Below are positions 38,356 through 50,929 of a stretch of DNA of 64,000 bases, one piece after another; the first letter of the stretch is position 1; each line of letters begins with the position of its first letter. This DNA comes from Lingula anatina (Eukaryota > Animalia > Brachiopoda), in contig CM120646.1 of the NCBI GenBank assembly GCA_051362555.1, positions 14,322,001 through 14,386,000 of the forward strand, in the 5' to 3' direction. A program made the position numbers and the translations under genes. A model generated the notes under the pieces. It did no database searches. It was not told the DNA's origin and was given only the letters and a program-made list of their open reading frames with translations.

Positions 38356-40301
38356 ATAGCAGACGGTGGATCAAGTGCTACATATGTACTATATGTACTT
38401 CTTTGAACAATACCAAAGCTTATTCTAGCAAATAATTGTAGCCAATTTTTTACACACATTCATGTATTTGTATTCAAGTTTGAAATTTATATTATTTTTT
38501 AAATTAATGAGTGATAACAAATATGTGCAGACAATCAGAATACTTATTGATGAACAAGTTATTTAAGTGAGTAATTTTTGCATTTATTATTAATATTATT
38601 GTATATTGTTCAATTGTTATTTTTTGTATGCATGTATTTCAGTGAGTCAGTTGAAGATATTGAGGACTTAGATAACTTCTGACTGAAGATTGCAGTCATT
38701 AAAGAAACCTTTAATTTAAGTTGTATAAAAAGACAATTATTGAAGTTTAACACATTCTATTTCTTATAATGCATGATACTACTGGTACTTTGAGCCAATC
38801 AGAATGAGATGCAGAAGACATTTTGGTAGAATATTGTACATGTCAGTGATTGTGTAAATCGAATCGCTAAGATGGAAACTACAGGTATATACTCACTATA
38901 CTCTAACAACTCATGATGTGCTACATGTACTTGTGTAAGCACTCAATTGTTTCAAAAACAAAAGTGGATCGAGTGGAACTGTGACTTTTCAGTTACTGTT
39001 GAGTATCTTGCCTATCTCTCAATTAAATGTAATTGCTAGTACATGCGGTTTTCTGTTGTTTATGGATGTTGAAGCACTGAAATACATAACAGCATGACAC
39101 GTGAAGCAGAAAGAAATCCCACCTGCAGCAAAATGTAAAATGGGAGTACAATAAGGTACAACATTTCTTTGGTTTCGCCGTCTCAAAAAGAAAAAATAAA
39201 TAAAAATCGGTAAATAACACAAGGGTGAACCGATAAGCATTCTTATATATACTTTGCCATATAAATGCGGGTTAATATGTTATCTCTATAAATATATGAC
39301 TAAACGCCTTGCTATAATCAACCCCATTCGAGGCTGTTCATGTACACTTGAGAAAATAGCATCAAAGGGGAATTCCCAATTTGACCTTGACCTACTCTCG
39401 AGTGCAATACTTTTAAAAATTACAAAATTGGGAAAGTTATTTTTGTTAAAACATAATTACCCGTACCTAAAAATATTATTTATTAAAATGGGTTTAAAAT
39501 AACTTAAAACTGAACAAATGTTTGGGTGAATACAGCAACAGCATAGAAACAGTTAGCGAGTACATAGCCTCGTTTTTGACTGTTGTTCATTATGACGTCA
39601 TTGCCCGGCTAGGACCAACATCTTTGACACTGCCGCGGATATCAGGAAGAATAATTTCCATATTTTCTATTATAGGTGGGATTATCTTTGAGTATTTTAA
39701 TGTTAAGCAATGGCAAACATATTGTGCATTATTTGGTTTTCATTTTTTTTTAAACATGGAAATGATAAACTGATAGTTTTTAATTGAATTCGACTTGTGA
39801 AATACTACTAAACCTGTTTTTATTATAATATTTATGATAAAGATAATATGATATAATTAACGTCAAATTCAGTATTGTTGTGATAGAAATACTCGTAATT
39901 TTTGTTGCTAAATGAAGAAATATATATTTATAAGATGTAAATATTGTCATGTATTTCTTGTTACACACTAGCTTCTTTTTCAATGCACCGGTATTACTGT
40001 TTTGATATGAAAGTTAATTTAAATTTAATTAAAATGTATCTGGTGTAATTATCAGATGATTTGAAAAAAATAAATAAATAAATAAACGTCTATTTTGAGA
40101 AAATCACTTACATTAAGACAACAATAACTTCTAGCTTAGAACTGGATAGGAATATTTTTCTCATTTTCTAACTTTTTATCAAAGAATGTATATCTTTATG
40201 AAACCTATAGGAACTAGTACACTGAAGTGGCAGATTTGAAGAATAAAATTGCTGAAGAAAATTTTTCGTGGAAATCAGAGGAGGACTGTCATACTATCAA
40301 C

Positions 40302-41146
40302 ATGGCCAATCCACCATCCCCACAAAGCAGTGGAAGTGACATGGACTGTGAGATTATAAACCTGGACTCTAATTTCATCACATTTGAAGACATTCAGGAG
40401 AATTACATGCCAGGTAGACCCTATGGAATTCAGTTGTGACATGATTTTGCATGGGTGATAATTTGACCAGTGAAGTGAATTTATTTATTGGTCATAATTT
40501 TATGTCAATTATATTTGGCAAGCTCTTCAATTAACAAAAGAAGTCAGCATCTAATCACCTACATGTAGCAGTAAAAGGCCTATTGTGTGTGTGTGTGGGC
40601 CCAGCATAGAACTACAATATTGGTTTAATTTACAGTCTGATTTAATTCATTTAGAAGGTTTGGTGGAATTATAGAAACACAAGCATCATGTGTCTGGACA
40701 CAAATAAAAAAAAGTGCTTATACAATATTTTGTTTTAGCATTTATCTGTATGACAAACGTTATAGCTATTAAATTATGATAATAAGAAAAATCAATTTTA
40801 ATCAAAGTCTATAATTTTTTTCTCTTGAATTTTAGGAGCAGACATCTTTGTGACATACAGAATTGGGAAGCACTTTATTCCATCCAGCTGTGACTGGATA
40901 GGACTGTTTGGAGCAGACTGGATATTTCCCTCCCAGGTCCTGACCTATAGATACGCTCCTCAGGGGCACTCTGGCCACCCCCACCTGAGGAGTGTGCTGT
41001 TTGATGCCAGGAGCCTCCCTGTAAGTTTTAACAGGCCTTTCTGTTTGGATGGTGGACATTTATTTATTTATTTTTACTTTTTTTTAATCATTATACTAGT
41101 AGATAATCTTCCAACAAATATCATTTTTTTTTTATTGCAACAAATA

Positions 41147-41229
<83 letters not shown>

Positions 41230-42590
41230 CTTATTATCTTATTATCATAATTTCCTAATAGAAATTTTAACTATAAGAAAAACGAAAAAAAATATTAAAA
41301 GGAAGGGGAAAATGATGTATTGATATTCATAACTTTAGCACTGTCTTGTTTTCTAATTTACTTGCAGGCTGATAACAATGAGGCCTCCTACCAATTCCTG
41401 TACATAGCAAGAGGAGACCAGGTGATAGGCACCAGCAAGCTGTTCAAAATACACACCTTTATACCTGAGACTGACCTGGTCAACTTTGAGTTTGTTGACC
41501 ACAGTGTGGACTTTTGTGACCCTTTCACCGTCATCAAAACAGCTCCAAGTCAGAAAGGTATGAAGGGGTCACCGGAGAATAAGATACAGTAAACAATCTG
41601 GAAACTGGCTGTGAAATAGCAAAGTATCTGTAAAGTGGCCATGAGTATCAGAAGTGAAATTCAATTTATTTACAGCATTTGGCATTTGAAGTTATTTCCT
41701 TATTTTAATGCGCTATTTTTTACCTAAATTGTCTTTTTTTTTTTCTCTGACCACAAAACCTCAGACTAAAGCATTTTGATAATGTTGCCAAACACATTTT
41801 TTAGATAATTTTTTGGGGTGTCCAACATATCAAAGTAATTTAGCATTTTTTTTTTCAAATCTGTATATACTATTTTGGCATGTGTACTTTTTCTTTAGGG
41901 ATCCTGAGGTCATTTGAGGTCATTAAAGATCCTGAGTTTGACTTCCCAGTGGTCAGGCGATGCTCCTCTGACCACATCACCTTAACTTCAAACTGGTCAG
42001 ACCAGAAAAAACACTGGACTGATCTTTTGAAACTTGAACTGGACTTGTCGGAGTCCAGCTCGACTAAAGACAGCAGCACACCAGATGAGCCCGATTTTCT
42101 TGATAAAATCAACCCCGATCTGTTTCACTGTGACATTGGAAAAGCTCCCACAGATGACCACTGGAAAGATTTGCTCAGTATCGACCCTGATATCTTCAGT
42201 TATGATTACGTTAAGTCAGAGAAGAAAAAAGAGGAGAAGAAAGTGACTCCTTGTGAGCCACAAGCAGCTGTGACAGAGCAGGCACTTGTTCCATATGTCC
42301 CTATATACACATCTTCCAAGCAGACAGTGGTATGTTTCCTATTTCAGTATTTTGCTTTAGCATTATTTAATTCAGTTTGTACCAAAAACCTCAGATTTAT
42401 CCTACTGCATTGTCCTTTTGGTCTGCAAATCTACTGGTCTAAATCAGAAACCCTGGCCATTCAACTGAAGAAATTAACAAAGTTTTATTGGCCCAGCTTT
42501 AAGTCACTGGCTTTGGTGTGGGGGCCAGTATTGACATTGAAAACTGTGTAGGATTACTCTTTATAAGAATAGAAAATAGTTGTTTTCATG

Positions 42591-42665
<75 letters not shown>

Positions 42666-45600
42666 TTTTGAAGGGGTATGTGGTGGTTGTATAGTCTAGT
42701 TATAATCAAGATTTATTTTTCCTTTTCAGGTTTGAATACCTGTAGGTTTGATTTATAAACATGATGGGAATTTGAAATAAAATAAAATAAAATAATATAT
42801 TGCAATATGCAAATAATATAAAATTTTAATTTTTGCAGGAATCTAAGGTTGCTGTTAACCCCTTCATACAGTCTCTGCTTGTACTTGCTCTGGCCAAGAT
42901 ATCCCAGCGAGCAAGGTATAAGATTGAAAAACCCTTGACCTCTACAAATGTGATGAACAAAGTTGCATCTTCTCCCCCATCCAATACCGAAGACAAGCCT
43001 GCCACGAAAGACGCAACTGAGAAGAAGCCAAAAGCACTGTGAGTTTGAAAAGGAGAAGATTAGCTAGAGCTTATGATTATTATATTTAATAATGTTAACT
43101 TTATGGTTCTTACTTGGTAAATTAAGATGTGCAAGTAAAGCTGGAAATGAAAATGGATCTTAATGTAACAGTGATGTTAAAACCTTTGAGATGACTACTT
43201 TGTTGAAAGGGTCTACTAGATAAATGTTCAATATAAATGCATCTCATGTTAGGCAAAAGTTGAACATATTCGTTTTACTTTATAATATTTGTGTTGGAAA
43301 TTTTATTGTATGCTATCTTAACAGTTCAATAAAGTGCCACAACTGCAGAAGGCACCTGAGGAACTTTTTGAGGTTGAAGAGGCAACAAGTAGACCTTCAG
43401 AACAAAATCACCGACCTTGAGTCCCAGCTTGAAGCATCAGACTCTCTCCTGCTATCAAAGGTAATACGGTCTCTGTCAAAACATTTTAGCCTGTTGGTCC
43501 TTCAAGCCACTTGGATATTAAAATCCATTGGCCCAGTAAAAATTCTGACCATAAACTGACCAGTCATATGTACAGCATTTTACCCACCTGGTCCTTGGAG
43601 TTTTACTGGTCATTGCCACTTGTTGTGTCATGGTTTTGATTATGTTAGGGTTCATTTCCCATTTTTTATGTACAGACACAGATGTGTCTGTACATATAGC
43701 CATCATCTGCGTCTGTCGTCGCCGTCGCCGTCGTCGCTGTCGCCGTCGTCGCCGTCGTCGCCGTCGCCGTGCACTTTTACCGATAACACGATAAGTGGAA
43801 AACCATTTTACCTTTTGACTTGAAACTTGCAGAACTGATGAATATTCATAATATGCAGGTCAAGTTCGAAAATCAGCATGATCGGGTCACTTTTAGGGAA
43901 TTTATGCTGTTTTTTCACTTTTTTCAGCATATATGCAGCACCGATAACACGATAAGTGGAAAACCATTTTACCTTTTGACTTGAAACTTACAGAACTGAT
44001 GAATATTCATAATACGCAGGTCAAGTTCGAAAATCAGCATGATCGGGTCACTTTTAGGGAATTTATGCTGTTTTTTCACTTTTTTCAGCATGTATGCAGC
44101 ACCGATAACACGATAAGTGGAAAACAATTTTACCTTTTGACTTGAAACTTACAGAACTGATGAATATTCATAATACGCAGGTCAAGTTCGAAAATCAGCA
44201 TGATCGGGTCACTTTTAGGTAATTTATGCTGTTTTTTCACTATTTTCAATATAAATGCAACACTGATAACACAATATAAGAAAAACGGATTGGCCAATTG
44301 TAATTATACTCACAGGAGTGGTCAATCTTACTAAAACGCAGGTTGAGTTCGAAAATAAGCATAATCGGGCCATTACTTAAGAAGTTATACTGTTTTTTCA
44401 CATTTCCTCAGATTCAATTATTAGGCATGTTAACAGTCTCATTATTTAACTAATAAGATACGTAAAAGTGTTTGTTTGATATTTCCTGCATCTTTACAAC
44501 ATTGTTAGTTGATTATGTAAAAATGATGGTAAACTTGATATCGTGTATTGTGTAATAAAGTGTCAAAAATGGAAATAAACTCATATCATATCATATTGCA
44601 GTTTGTTAGATTCAATCATCAACTATGTTCAGAATCTCAGAATGGAGGAAATTGGACATTTAACACTGTTCTATTGATATTTTTCCCATCTCATCAATTT
44701 TCTTAGTTGGTCATATAAAAATGGAAGTATACTGTTTATTTTGTTTTGTTTAAAAAGTGTTAAAATGGAAATAAACCCATTTCAGAACAGTGCTGTCTTT
44801 TTTACAGTTTGGCATTTTTAAGATGTGACTTTGAAGTTCCATGAGCCTGCAGATCTTTGCTAGTCACATTTTCTGAATATCCATGATACTAATATTTTAT
44901 GATTAAAAATTGATGGTCATTATGCTGTAAAACATTATGTAATATTGCATCAAAATTTGAAGAAACCCCTATTTTGGGCACTGCTCCCATGATGACCATT
45001 TAAGGAAAGTCATGTCACTTACTGTTCTCAAACTTACAGGAAAGAAACATGGGACTAAAATACAGCTTCAGTAGGCAATGCAGTCTGTTTGGTAAATTTT
45101 TCTGGTAGTTAAGCATTTTTTTTGTGAAAATTTAATTTTTCACATATTGGCATTTTCAATGTATGACTTTGAAGTTCCATGATCCTGAAGACCTTTGCTT
45201 GTCACATTTTCTGAATATGCGTTATACTAATATTTTATAATTAAAAATTGATGGTCATTATGCTGTTAAACATTATGTAATGTTGCATCAAAATTTGAAG
45301 AAACCCCTGTTTTGGGCACTGCTCCCATGATGACCATTTAAGGAAAATCGTGTCAATTACTGTTCTCAAACTTACAGGAAAGAAACATGGGTCTAAAATA
45401 CAGCTTCAGTAGGCAATGCAGTCTGTTTGGTAAATTTTTCTGGCAATTAAACAGTTTTTTGTGAAAATGTAATTTTTCACATATTGTCATTTCCAAGGTG
45501 TGACTTAGAACCTCCACGGGCTTGAAGACCCATGCTAGTCACATTTTCTGAAAATTCATGACACTTATATTTAATTATCAAAAATCGATGGTCATTATGC

Positions 45601-46574
45601 CATTAAGCATTATGTAATGTTGCATCAAAATAGAAGAAAACACAATTTTGGGTGCTGCTGCCTTGATGACCATTATGGGAAAACTGTGTTACTTATGACT
45701 GTCAAACTTTCAAAAAAGAAACACAGGACTAAAATGCAGCCTGAGTTGGAAAAGCAGTCTAATTGGCTTCTTTTTCTGGAAGCTATACATTTTAGTGTAA
45801 TATTCATTATCTTTTTGGCATATGCATTGTGGGACTCAGAGCTCCCATGAACATGAAGCCGAATGGTAATCATATTTTCTACATGTCCATCCTATTTATA
45901 GTCAATAAACAAAAATTGGTGATAATTATTCTCTAATTTATTATGTAATGTTACATCAAAATTGACAACAATCTTTTTGCACTGCTACTGCAAACATTAT
46001 GAAAAGAATACTGTGCTACTTATTATCATTTTTAACTTACAAGTCAATTTTTAGGATTGGCCTTCAGCTCATATGAGAAAACCAGCTCTATTGGATTATC
46101 ATTTTTATTGAATTTATGCATTTTTTGTGAAATTTTCATTTTTCTCATTCTGGCACTTTCTAAGTATAAACTTGAACTCCGATGGGCCTGAAGCCTTATG
46201 CTTTTAATTTCGTCTGTGTTACCTGTTGTGCATAAGTTGATGTTGACTGTGCAGTTAAACATAATGTATTATTGCATCAGGATTGGTAGTCTCCTATTTT
46301 GGGCATTATGGTTTTGTGCTTTTCTTAAAGTGTGACTTATGGGCCTAAAGACCTTTGAGTGGGTCAGTCTGTAAATTACCCTTGGGTATCACTAGATTAA
46401 TTTCAGAGTTATAAAGTCATTTGCCTTAATAGGCCATTAAATGAGATTACATAAAGCACACTTGTTGATATTTCCCTGTAAACTCCCAAAGGTAAAGCTC
46501 TCTGCTAGATTAATAATAAGGAAGCAGTGATAATTATGCAGGTAAATTTTGTTTAATATTGCAAATAAGTTTTA

Positions 46575-46660
<86 letters not shown>

Positions 46661-49548
46661 AACTGGAAGATTAAAAGTTTGAATAGCATCTTCATTGGAA
46701 TTATATTTACCTCAAGCTCTGCCAAGGAGGTCATATTTTCACCCCCGTTTGTCTGTCATCCACATAACACAAAAAGTTATGGACTGATTTTGCAGAAATT
46801 TTCAGGAACTGTCGGACAATGAGGACAATGATTAATTTTTGGTGGTGGTCCGGAACAATAATCAATCAATTATCAATAATAATCAACAATTGCTGCCTTG
46901 GCAGAGGTCTGCACTCTCAAAGTGCTTTTCTAGCTTTGTTATGTTTTCCTTTATAATTTTTTCTCAAACACTTGCATTTGTGACTTTTAACTCTCATCTG
47001 CCTGGGGCTCTGCACATTTTCTGTATTTCCACATAAGCAGTTGTATTGTTTTTTATGTCTTTAAACATTATGTAATATTATTTTATGCACTGTCATCATT
47101 TTTCAAATATTGAGAGTTTCATAATGTGAATTTGAACTCTCATGGTCCTGAAACTGTAATTTTATTGAAGGGGTGGACCATCTTCTGGGTCTTCCTGAAG
47201 ACAGTCAGGTTATTAAGTTTATATTGACTGGTATCTATTTTTTTCTGTTGGAAGACCATCAAAATGGAGGATGGATCAACATAGATACTTTGTAATACTG
47301 TCAGAAAATATCTCTGGGTCCGCTCCTGTTATTGACCATGTTACCTGTTGTGCAAGATTAAAATTCAGTGTTGACTGACAGTGCTATTATAAGCATTATT
47401 TATTATTGCATCAAAATTGACAAAATGACCTTTTTTGCATCTTTATTTTCTGTTTTTTGTCTGTACATTTGACAGCTTTGCTGCCTTGTTTTTCTATTTT
47501 CCTGTCAGTAATAACATAAAAAAGCATATGTTTGTCAAGGACAAAAAGAAAAGAAAAACAAAATTATTATTTGAAATGTGTGTAAGATGGCCCAGTTTCA
47601 GAAAGAACAAAGAAGAAGAGTTCATTATGGCATTCACAAAATCACTAAAATGATTTCTTATTTCCGTCATGTTAATCTAGTCCAGTAGGTGACAATGTAT
47701 TGTGCTTAAATTAACCTGAAATCTAATATTCCAATCAGATATAATAACAGTTGCAGACTTTTATTAGAGTTATAATATTAAGATATATTTGATGAACCAT
47801 CACATGGAAATACAGCCTAAGTATATACTAACACACAAGTTTTATTCTAATTTATTGATTTATTATTTTTTATATATATTTGATATTATTATTATTAAAT
47901 TTTCTTTTCTTTTTTCTTTCTTTTTTTTTTTTTTTTTTGAAGAATATCTTAATGGAGGAGTTCTCCAAGCAGGTGAAAAGTCTGGTATCAGAGAATGGGA
48001 AGCTGGTGGCCATTAATGAGAAGTTGTATGAGGAAAAAGTCAAAGCTGACAAAGAAAATAAAATCAAAGACATCCTTCAGCAGTCTGTTGACAGGTAGTT
48101 TATTATTATTATTTTTTGTTTGTTTGTTTGTTTTTTTCAAATCGATGGTGTTCACTAAAATGAACGAATAAATAAATAAAGGAAGGATTGATGATGAAAT
48201 TATGTGGTGATATTAATTTCATTTATAGACAAAAACTTAAGGTGCATTGTGCACATCTCAAATAATCCTTATTTTAAGCCGTGCATCATACTTAGATTCC
48301 AGAATCATATTTATTTATGGAAATGTCCAGTTCAAACCTAAATTTATACCTTCCGTCAACCATTTCTAGGCTGACTTTTTCAATCAAGATGGACAGTCTT
48401 GAACAGGACAAGAAACAGCTGACCAAGGAGGTCCAGTCTCTCAAGGCCCAGATCAGGAACTTGATGAAACTCGATGAGGTGAAAAAACTTAAAAAAGAGA
48501 TGCACCGATTGAGGTCATGCCTCTTCTCAGAGGAACTGAAGGTAAGTTGTCAGTGACAAGCTCACTGCTGTCTTTACTGCAACCTAATCTCCTTGCCTGC
48601 ATTTTGGGCACCTGTGTTGTGATACTTTGAATTTGTGTAAAAGAAAATTTAATGTTCAAAACTTTTTTAATAAATAAATTACTTCAGCTGTTTATTATTG
48701 TATTGAATATATGATAGCCTAGCTGTTGGTCCCATTTTTTGTCCTAACATTATAAATACATTGATTAAAATGATAAATCAAGTATTTTAAACCATTCAAA
48801 AAATAGAAAAAAATTTTAAAAAAAGAATTATTTTTCATATTATCATTCAACTTCGCTTGCTGTCATTTACAAACAATCTGAATGTTTCTGAGAGACATAT
48901 GCCTTAGTTACACAGGCATTTTTTTGTGAACACTGCAGTAGGACATGATACAGCATATACTTAGTTGCTTTTTTTAAATTTGTATACAATTAAGACTAAA
49001 TATGTTCTTGTAGATCACTTTCCTGACCAAAGAGAAGGAAGACCAATGCCGGGAGATTGCCACACTGAAGAGGCAGCTAAGACAGAAGGAAGCAGAGTTT
49101 GACTTTGCTTGGGCACAGAAGGTTGGTCATTTGAAATATTTAAATGTATAATGCATGTTGTTAAGATTGCTCCTTATTTTATTATAATTATTTTTAAATT
49201 ATTGACTTTTTCAGGGATGGGATTTTTCTATTGACTGATTTCCGACTTTTTGGGTGGTGTTGTTGCTTACAACAGATATGAGATTTTTCCAATTATTGGC
49301 AGATTTCTGACTTTTTGGGAGCCAATAAGTCTCATCACTGCTGATTTATTATTGTAAGACAGTTGTCATAATTATTTCATTTTTTTTTTCATTTGTGAAA
49401 GGGAATTTTATACAAAATAAGTGAAAAAAGAAATTGTTTTTAACAATATTAAATGGATTGTTATATGAAATAGGAAGATACTGTAATTTTATTTATCATA
49501 ACAAAGCTGCTATGTGAATTTTTTTCTTTGTAATATAGACGACTGCAG

Positions 49549-49591
<43 letters not shown>

Positions 49592-50890
49592 ATATAAGTA
49601 AAATTGTCACATCGTTAATTTATCTGATACATCACTGAATTCAGAGAGAGCAGACCAGTCAGCTAGACGAGGCAAAACAGATGATACAGAACGGCATATA
49701 CATCATCTCCTCACTGTATGCACGGGGGTTCCACACCGTCAATCACCAGGATGAAGGTAAAATGAAGTTTTTAAAAATGCACATTTTATTATCGTAGTAA
49801 ATTTTACATTATAGTCAGTGCAAATGCCCAATAACTGCACCCTGCGTATCAGAGGTTGCTGGAAACTGACCCACACTGTCAGCAGCTATTTCACTGGTTG
49901 GATGGCTCTAGTGGTAGAAAGCTTGCATCCCCTGCAGAAAATTATGGGTTTATTTCCCATGGCTTGGTCAACCAAAAGACCATTGTCAAAACCTAACACA
50001 GTCTGGTTGTCATGAAATAATCTGAGATTATGAAAAATTACATTGTGACTTATAAGAAAATTGAAGGTAATTACAAAGATATTGCAGTAATCATTTCAAC
50101 AGAGGAAATTGTCCTATTTTTCAGGTCACAAATTGGACATAGCTACTACTCTGAAAATTGCTGGAGTTGATGCAGAGAACCCACTCTATTACCCTGGTAT
50201 GGAATGATACTAAAATGTTTCTATGCTTGTATTAGGACGTTATATTAAATATGAAGCATTTGCTGACCAGTTAAAGGACCATGCTATAATATATTCTTTT
50301 GTAACATATTTTCCATCCCTGAACTGTTTCTATCCCCTCTTTGGCGGTCACTTTAGTCTATAATTATAGTTAAGCTCTGTTGAAAATATTTTGATTGTAT
50401 TCATTCCTCATGGATAACGAAGACATAGTTTTATGGAAGGAGGAAATTGGTAAAGGAGTAAAAGTTGTTTATTCATGGCTTTCTGCTCCAAAATAGGCAC
50501 TTTTGTCCACGAATAAAAGTTTTTAATAGTATCTTATTTGTATTTATTTAATTTTGTCGTAGGGTTTTATTTTTTTATGTAAATTAATTCTTAATTTTCA
50601 ACACATCTAATAAATTTTCAAATTCATAATCCTATGTATCTCATATGTAATCTCAGTTTCAAAGAAAAATATTGACATGTCTTTTTTTCTCCATTGTCAG
50701 ATATTGTTGTACCTGTAGCTGTGAAGAGCAAACTCGGTGAACTCATTCAGGTATGTTTTCTGTTCTGTCAAATAATACTTGTATTGACATTTGAGGTGCT
50801 AACTGATTAGGTTCTCAGTGTTGATATGTGATATAAAGTCCTCTGTTGATCCAACCAGTGTCAATAAATACAAGTAAAGTAACACACGCG

Positions 50891-50929
<39 letters not shown>

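Noticed and set aside
43779-44403. Regular repeats that might suggest a CRISPR array
   Set aside because: The units are contiguous 161-bp tandem copies with no unique spacers, the context is eukaryotic, and there are no cas genes.
50776-50876. Imperfect inverted repeat TACTTGTATTGACA / TGTCAATAAATACAAGTA
   Set aside because: It may be a decayed MITE, but it is too short and AT-rich to call.
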